A stretch of DNA of 64,000 nt from Adineta vaga. Lineage: Eukaryota > Animalia > Rotifera. Under the pieces are notes generated by a model. The model did not search any database. It was not told the origin of the DNA and worked only from the letters and a program-made list of their open reading frames with translations. Below are positions 56,634 through 64,000 of this stretch, piece by piece. Position numbers and translations under genes: made by a program. Position 1 is the first letter of the stretch, and each line of letters begins with the position of its first letter. Where the stretch lies: positions 9,548,001 through 9,612,000 of the forward strand of contig CP075495.1 of the NCBI GenBank assembly GCA_021613535.1. Reading direction: 5' to 3'.

Positions 56634-59600
56634 ATGTGGCTTATACCTTCGGAGATTTCGACTTCAGTAAGAAATTTTGTGTGCTCTTCATTGTTTGTTA
56701 ATGATTCAACCTTTCTTCTAGGTGACAGGTTTATGGTAAAATGATTGGAAATTGATTTTTTCGAACTTTGTTTTTGTCTTTTGATATTCAGGTCAACGGA
56801 TCAAGCTAATCCGTATTTCGTGTTACAACGTCGTCGAGGACATGATGAACGACGAAGTAAATTTACGAGTTTTCTTGTGGCAAAAATTGATTCAGTTTTA
56901 GACAATAAAGTAAATTGATGATTTTCTTCGATAAATAAAGTACATATACGTTTCTTTTAAATAGAATCATTATCGTATACTTCATACTCATCCAAATTCA
57001 CGTCTTTTTTATTGTAAATGTTGACTTGAAAGTTCTACGATGAAGTACTTTTTCAATTTTAGTAATAGCTGAATCAGATAGAAAAGATGAAATTGAAGAA
57101 CACTGGAAATGGATTGAAATAAATTTAATGCCAACAATTGGTAAAGACTATTATATTTTATCGAATTATTCTTGTTCGATTATTTCTTTTTTTTTTAGGA
57201 GATATAGATATTGATACTGATATAACTCAATTTATTCATGGAAAAATCAAATGCCTATGTACACAAGCGGACGATAGAGAAGTTGAAGGTTAAGAAGATT
57301 TTCATGATAAATGTTCTCTTTCATAAGAAATATTTATAATAGATTTAGAAACGGAGAAATTTAAGAATGCAACTAAAAAGTTCTATAAGATATTTAATAT
57401 GCCAACAGATGAAAAACTTGTTATTTGTAAGTATTTCATTCGAAAACAAACATTCTTGATCATGTTCATCATGTTATTATTCAAAGATTATTCATGTTGT
57501 TATTGGCGTGGTCGAGTACCACGAGAAGGTTGGCTATATTTATCTGTAAATTATCTCTGTTTTTATTCCAATTCACTTGGTAAAGATCTAAATCTTGTAG
57601 TTAAATTTACAGATATTATTGTAAGTTTTATTTGAAATTTAAATATAAAGATTGAAAGATGAAAGATTTAGTCACTTCATCGAGTTCATGCTATTGTTTC
57701 GGAAACTATACGTATACGAACTCGCTTGTATGAACATGAATTTGGAATGTTCAAAAAAATCGATGAAGTCTATCAAATTACAGTACAAATAGCAGATTTT
57801 GCGGCGAAAAAGTAAATTTGATTTTGATTTTATGAAAAATGATTTTCTTAATCACACTTGTTCTTTTTGTAGATTGTTATCCCAAAAAGGTGCATTCCAA
57901 GAGGAAAATTTCTTTCCAGCGGTAACTAAGTACGCATCTTTGTTTTATTCTAAGACAGTATTTATCAAAATAGAACTCTAAAAGATTAGTTTCATTAGTA
58001 TTAAGTATGCACGTATTAAATTTGAGGTGAGAAAGCATATTCGAAAATTACAACTAGGGATCAACATGACATCTAAGAAGAATTTTTCTTGTTGTGATCA
58101 TTTAGAAAAACTGCTCCGAAAGTAATGTCTCAATTAAAACGTGATTTTGATGCTAAATCACGAAGTGAAGCATATCGATATCGTTTTCGATTACCATTAG
58201 ATGAACGTCTCGATGGTGAAATAGTTTGTCATCTATGGGCAACATATAGTAGGTCAAGTGTTCCTGGTAAATTGTATATATCATCGAATTTCGTATGTTT
58301 TGCGAGTAAAGTAAGAATTTGAAATAAGTATAGCTTCATTGTTTGATTGATTTGTTTTCTTTCTCGATTTAGAATTATCATCAAGTTAATTTAATCATTC
58401 CATTTCGTGATATTTCGACGATTGATAAACGACTAGATGATGGTAAACAATCAGATTTAGATATTCCGGCAGCATTATTGATACATATGAAAAATCAAGT
58501 ATAAATAATGTATAAAGAAACATTCTGATCTATGGTTATTTTCTAGAGTGAACCATTTACTTTTTCACATTTTGATGATCGAGAATTTATTCGTTGTAAA
58601 TTAGCTGATTTTCTATTTCAAGTTAAAGAACCATCTAGAAGTAAACCAACTGATGATAGACCAGAAATAAGTTTGTTTCAAATTTATTCGAGAGTTTTCG
58701 ACAAATATGGAAAAAAATTTCTTTCTAGTTATATCTCCTCCACTCTTTATCAAGCGTTTCTCAAAGACTATACAGAACAACGGCAGGCATCAGAAAAAAT
58801 CCGTGAAACTGATTGGGAAGCCCATTTTTCAAATTATGGTCGTGGTTCAACAATGTATCGAACAAATGGATTATATGATCTTTTATTTCAAGGTATACCT
58901 GATTCATTACGAAATGAACTATGGTTTATATTGAGTGGTGCTATCTATGATGTAAGTTCAAATCAACGAATGAGTTTCTTTTTCTCGATCGGATCGATTT
59001 TCTTGTTTTTAGAAAGAAGCTAATCTACATATGTATGAAGAATATGTTTACCAATCAGACCTTGCTAAAAAAGGTCAAGATTTAATTAACGAAGAAATTG
59101 AACGTGATCTCTATCGAGCTTTACCTGAACAAAAGGCATTTCAGAGTAGTGAAGGAATTAGTGCTCTAAGACGTTTATTACGTACGTATGCATGGTATAA
59201 CAAAGATGTAGGTCAGTAATGAAATCATTTCTTGTTTTTGTATGATATTCTAATAGAAGATTTTCTTTAGGTTATTGTCAAGCAATGAATATAATTGGTG
59301 CTGTACTTTTACTTTATATGAATGAAGAAGATGCATTTTGGACTTTAGCAGCATTGTGTGAAAGACTATTACCAGATTACTATAATACAAAAGTAGTTGG
59401 TGCACTAATAGATCAAGGTAAATTCTCATTGACATTATTTGAGAGATTATTCGTGTATTGAAACGCTATCAATGAAGTTTATTAGATCGGATAAACAATC
59501 TAAAAATTTGATCTACAAGATTTTCATGTTTCTTTTACTAATATTCAATCCTGATAAATATGATCTTTGTAGGTGTATTCAGTGATTATTGCAAAGAATA

Positions 59601-61279
59601 TCTACCCGATTTATATGATAAATTAGAAAATCTTGGTATCGCTGCATGTATTACACTATCCTGGTTTTTAACACTGTTCATATCGTAAGTATTCTGATTG
59701 TTTTTCTTCTTGTTTAATCTTTTCAATTCTTTTTCATAGTGTTATTCCATTTGAATCCGCTCTGTATATTCTTGATATATTTTTTTACGATGGGATTAAA
59801 GTTTTATTTCAATTAGCATTAACAATCTTAAGTGAAAATCGTCAACGTTTGTTACAATGTGAAGATGATGGTGATGCGATTGTTGTTTTAACATCCTATT
59901 TAGAAAAACTATCTGTTAAATCGAATGAAAAAGAAGATGAAAAAATTGTTGAATTGATTAAAAAATCTTATTCCGATTATAATGTTATCAATGAAGAAGA
60001 TATTAATCGTTTACGTTTAAAACATCGTTTAAAAGTTATACAAAATATGGGTGAATCATTATTACAATCAGCTGCTAAAAATACAGTGAAATATACGAAA
60101 TTTACTGAACAACAAATAAAAAATATCTTCTATGTTTTCAAAGTAAATATTGAATTGATTTTGTTGTTGAGAAAGATAAGTTCGTTTCTTAAGGATGTTT
60201 CACGAATATCATTAACAGAAGCCAATGATCCTCGAAAACTTGCGTATGAAACCTATCGAATCAATAGAAATGAATATTTAATTCTATGTAAATATTTATC
60301 GCCTTGGTTTATTGGTGAATATCCTGAGAATTTAGCCAATAAATTATTTGATGTAAGACGAAAACAAATTTGAATAGTTATCATTTACTTTCTTTTTTGT
60401 TTTCTTGCACGAAAAAAATAATAGTTGTTCTGTGTAAATGCGACAGCAAATCAAATTGATTTCATTCATTTTATTCGTTTATGGAATATTTTATGGAATG
60501 GAGAATTTCGAGATAAATTAATCATTTTATTTCTTGCACATTTAGAAAGTATGTTGAAGATTTGAATCGAAGAAATTGATTCCTTGAAATTTAATTTAGA
60601 TATTAAAATGAGAGAGGACGGTTTTAATATTATATTTGAACCAATACTTATACGTTCATCATCGATGGTTAGTGAAAATAGATTCATTGATTTATTATCA
60701 TCAACAAAAGAACAGCAATTACCTTCATTTAAAGTTGAAAACGCTGAAATTACACATCTTAAACCTAGTCAATTACCTCTAATGAATCAGGTAAGAAGAA
60801 AAATATATGTAAACTAAGTAATAGAATTTTCTTGCTTTTCAACACAAATCACAATCGATACCAAGTCGATTCATTCCGAAAGATATTAATCTAAATTGTT
60901 TTCGTTGTTTATTATTTAGGTTGAATTTATTCATCTTTGTAAATCATTGTATAATTTAATGACTGGCTTGAATGATGATGAAAATTTATTTAAAGCATTG
61001 ACAACTGCAAGTACCGTTCTATTACAAATGGGTATTGTTGTAATATGAATACACTATTTCTTTCTAATTCTCATTTTTCAAATAGGTGAAATGTGTAAAC
61101 CTTATCGTTTGATTGAAATCGATGACATTCCTGTTGCTGAATGGACAGTTAGTTTTGAACAATTTGAAGCAACAATGATTGCTGAAACATGTTTAGTAAC
61201 ATGGCTTGAAAATAACAATATTTCTAATTTATCACTTGAACAACGTATTGACAATTATCATCAAGATCTTCTCAGATGA
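56634..61279 (+). CDS. TBC1D9: TBC1 domain Rab-GAP with GRAM domains (TBC1D8/9 family), many exons
   Basis: MWL.P.E...W...[59 protein letters not shown] / GYCQAMNI / [20 protein letters not shown]. Confidence 0.9.
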
Positions 61280-61847
61280 TTGATTATTTTTGTAGATAGA
61301 TAATTTCAAACAATCAGTTTCCCTTTTCTTTCTTTCTTTCTTTCTTTTGTTCTAGTGATACACATGAATATGTACATGTAAATTGACAATAAAATATGAT
61401 ATATATTTTTTTCTTTTGCATCGTGGAATGAACAAACATCTAAGTACTTTCATTTTTTTCCTTCTGAAAATTTTTGTGCTATTCGTTAATTGAAGAAAAT
61501 AAACAAGGAATAAAAGTTTAAATTTGTCTTTTTTACCTATCTATCTAGTGAATAGATAAGTGAATGTTATCTAATGAAGAAAAATGTGAGTTAGGATTGA
61601 TATCATTTGATGCAATGACATGTAGATTGTCTTATTGTTCTTGTTTATCGTATATATTTTGAATTCAACGAAATATTTCTTGATATTAATTGCATGTTTG
61701 TAATGACAATCTAATCGGATCATTAGATTTATTGGTTTTCTTCGTAAATGCTAATTATCTTTTTCATAGTCATATCATTTATAACAATACACAGGGGGTA
61801 GGAGAATATGTTTCTATGTTTAGAAACGTTTTATTTCAGATAATACG

Positions 61848-63052
61848 ATGAGTAATCAAACATTTCTTGTTGGTACAGGTGTTGATAGTATTTATGCATG
61901 TCGACTTACATCTAATGGTCAATTTGAATTACTCAATGAGACCAAATGTGGAAAGGGCTCGACTTGGCTTTTACTACGTGATGATTTGCTTTATGTAGTA
62001 AATGAACATAGTGATAAAATCGAAACATTTTCAATTGATAATCGTAATCAAGGAAAACTAACACTGAAAAATACAATTGCATCAATTGGAGATACGCCAT
62101 GTGCATTAGATATTGATCCATCAGGACAATGGTTGCTTGTATCCAAGTACATATAATTGATAATCTATTATTAGAGAAAAAAAAACTTCATATTTTAACA
62201 ATATATTTTATTTTAGTTATGGTGATAAAGGTACATCGAATTTCGTTTCTTTTCCATTGAATAATTCGAAATATCCCGAAGAAAAAGGTGTCCAAATAAC
62301 AACCATCGAAGGAAATGGTCCACATCCTAGTCGTCAACAACATTCATATTGTCATCATGTATTATTTCATCAAAATCATCTCTATGTCGTTGATTTGGGT
62401 TCAGATACACTGAGTGTCTATCATTTTGATGGTAAAAATGGCAAGGTTAATTTAGTTCATAATCGAACAAAAACAGAAGCAGGCGCTGGTCCACGACATA
62501 TACTTTTCCATCCCACTAAACCATTCGCATTTGTATGTAATGAATTAAATTCGACAACAAATGTCTACCGCTGCGATTCTTCGTCCGGTCAACTAGAACA
62601 TCTTCAAACGATACAAACTCGACGAGAAAAAGATCAAAACGGTATTATCAATGAAAGCTTTGAGACATCAAATTTAAAGTATTATTTTCTCATTCTATTA
62701 TTCTATAGATTCAACTAAAGAAAACTATACAGCTGAATTACAATTTACACCAGATAACAAATATTTACTTGTATCGAATCGTGGAGATGAAAATCTAGTG
62801 ATATTCAATGTAAATGAAAATGCTGAAAATGAAATTCTAACCATCAAAGAACATCTTGATTGTCATGGTTCATTTACACGATATTTCACTTTCGATCCAA
62901 CAGGAACATTTCTTCTAGTTGCCAATCAAAAATCAAATAATTTAATATGTTTTTCATATAATCGTGAGAATGGTACATATACATTTGTGTCTCAATTGGA
63001 TAACATTCAAAGTCCTCAACATATTGTTTTCCTCAACGACACATCGGCGTAA
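61848..63052 (+). CDS. 7-bladed beta-propeller lactonase (bacterial Pgl/YbhE 6-phosphogluconolactonase family); 3 exons
   Basis: LYVVNE, VSNY across an intron, DLGSD, GAGPRH, NEL, VSNRG, RYFTFDPTGTFLLVANQKSN. Confidence 0.9.
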
Positions 63053-63600
63053 TCATTTTCATAATAATCAAATGAAAATAATTGTAGATGAATTTAGTTC
63101 GAACCTTTCTATGTATAAGTTAGATATACAAATATTCATTAGTGTGATTATGATCGATTTTAACAAAATATGAATTTTAGTTAGTAAAAATAAAATACTA
63201 TACAAACGTTTTAGAATCCATGAATTAAAGACAAAATCCTGATAATATTGGCCCAATTTTTTTTTCAAATAAAGGATCCAGTAGAATACAAGATTATTCG
63301 TCTATGGAAAAGCTGTTAAACTCAAAAACTAATGAACAATCAATAAATCACATATTTCTTGTATTTTATTCAAAGCTGGCACAGTTTTTTTCTATAAATA
63401 GATAGAGTTTAGTATTAAACAATTAGAAGTATATTATGCTTGTACCAATAGAATTATAAATAGATCAGTGAATATTCAATGATATATGAAGTTTTTATTC
63501 CGAAAAAGAGAAAGATAAATACTGAACATCAAATGCTAAGATCACTTTCACTAAAATACTTTTGAATTAAAACACATTTTTATTTTGAAAATTGTTATCC

Positions 63601-63937
63601 TCATTTCAATTCTAGAACAGTTTTCCATGCTGGTCTTGATGTAATTCTATCCCACCATTTTTTAACATTTGGTCGAGATTCAAAGAGATTACCTTCACCA
63701 AGTTTAACAAGCCATGTACCATATGGTAAATGGAAAAGATCAGCCAAGCTGAATTCCTGTACAAAAACCAAATAGTCAATATTATACTAAAAAAGACTAA
63801 ATAGTTTGCTTTCACTTACGTTTCCAGCTAAATATTGTTGTTTTGATAAAATTTTCTCATAAACATCTAATTTTGCATTTAGCTGTTCTTTCAATGATGC
63901 GACTTTTGTTTCATCAGCTTCGCCAAGTCCTTTCATT
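63601..63937 (-). CDS. Glutathione S-transferase, phi-class-like, last two exons (63820-63937, 63601-63756); 5' end outside window
   Basis: Spliced translation KLDVYEKILSKQQYLAGN|EFSLADLFHLPYG...RPNVKKWWDRITSRPAWK; ORF track shows the wrong frame. Confidence 0.88.
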
Positions 63938-64000
63938 CTATTTTCAATATAAATAGTAAACGTAGAAATAGTGTTGAAAATAAATTCATTGAATTTACTT

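Noticed and set aside
63612-63815. 67-aa ORF in the supplied track
   Set aside because: Wrong frame; the same DNA encodes the GST C-terminus in another frame

Overview
AT-rich eukaryotic genomic DNA with many short (~50-60 nt) GT-AG introns, intronless lineage-expanded 7TM receptors and several intron-containing genes from non-metazoan families. This combination points to a bdelloid rotifer (Rotaria/Adineta-like), which is an inference. Genes in order: 3' exon of a membrane protein; three tandem GPCRs; DLD; a cNMP-binding (CNBD2-like) gene; a bacterial-type GH5 hydrolase; CtBP; MAEA; an HDNR/TEX36-like gene; a Shaker/Kv1 channel; CDPF1; BLTP2/KIAA0100; RPS20; a 27-aa microprotein; two more GPCRs; a C-type lectin/PAN-like protein; a C1GALT1-like protein; an unknown gene; TBC1D8/9; a bacterial-type lactonase; and the 3' end of a phi-class GST. 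Best leads: at least five phase-matched alternative Shaker N-termini (one Cys/aromatic-rich), CtBP with the catalytic His replaced by Arg, a DxD-less Cosmc-like T-synthase homolog, a BLTP2 cassette exon with tandem PKA motifs, a TM microprotein, operon-like gene pairs, and three probable HGT genes. I found no clearly supported novel multi-gene system. All exon models were assembled by eye.
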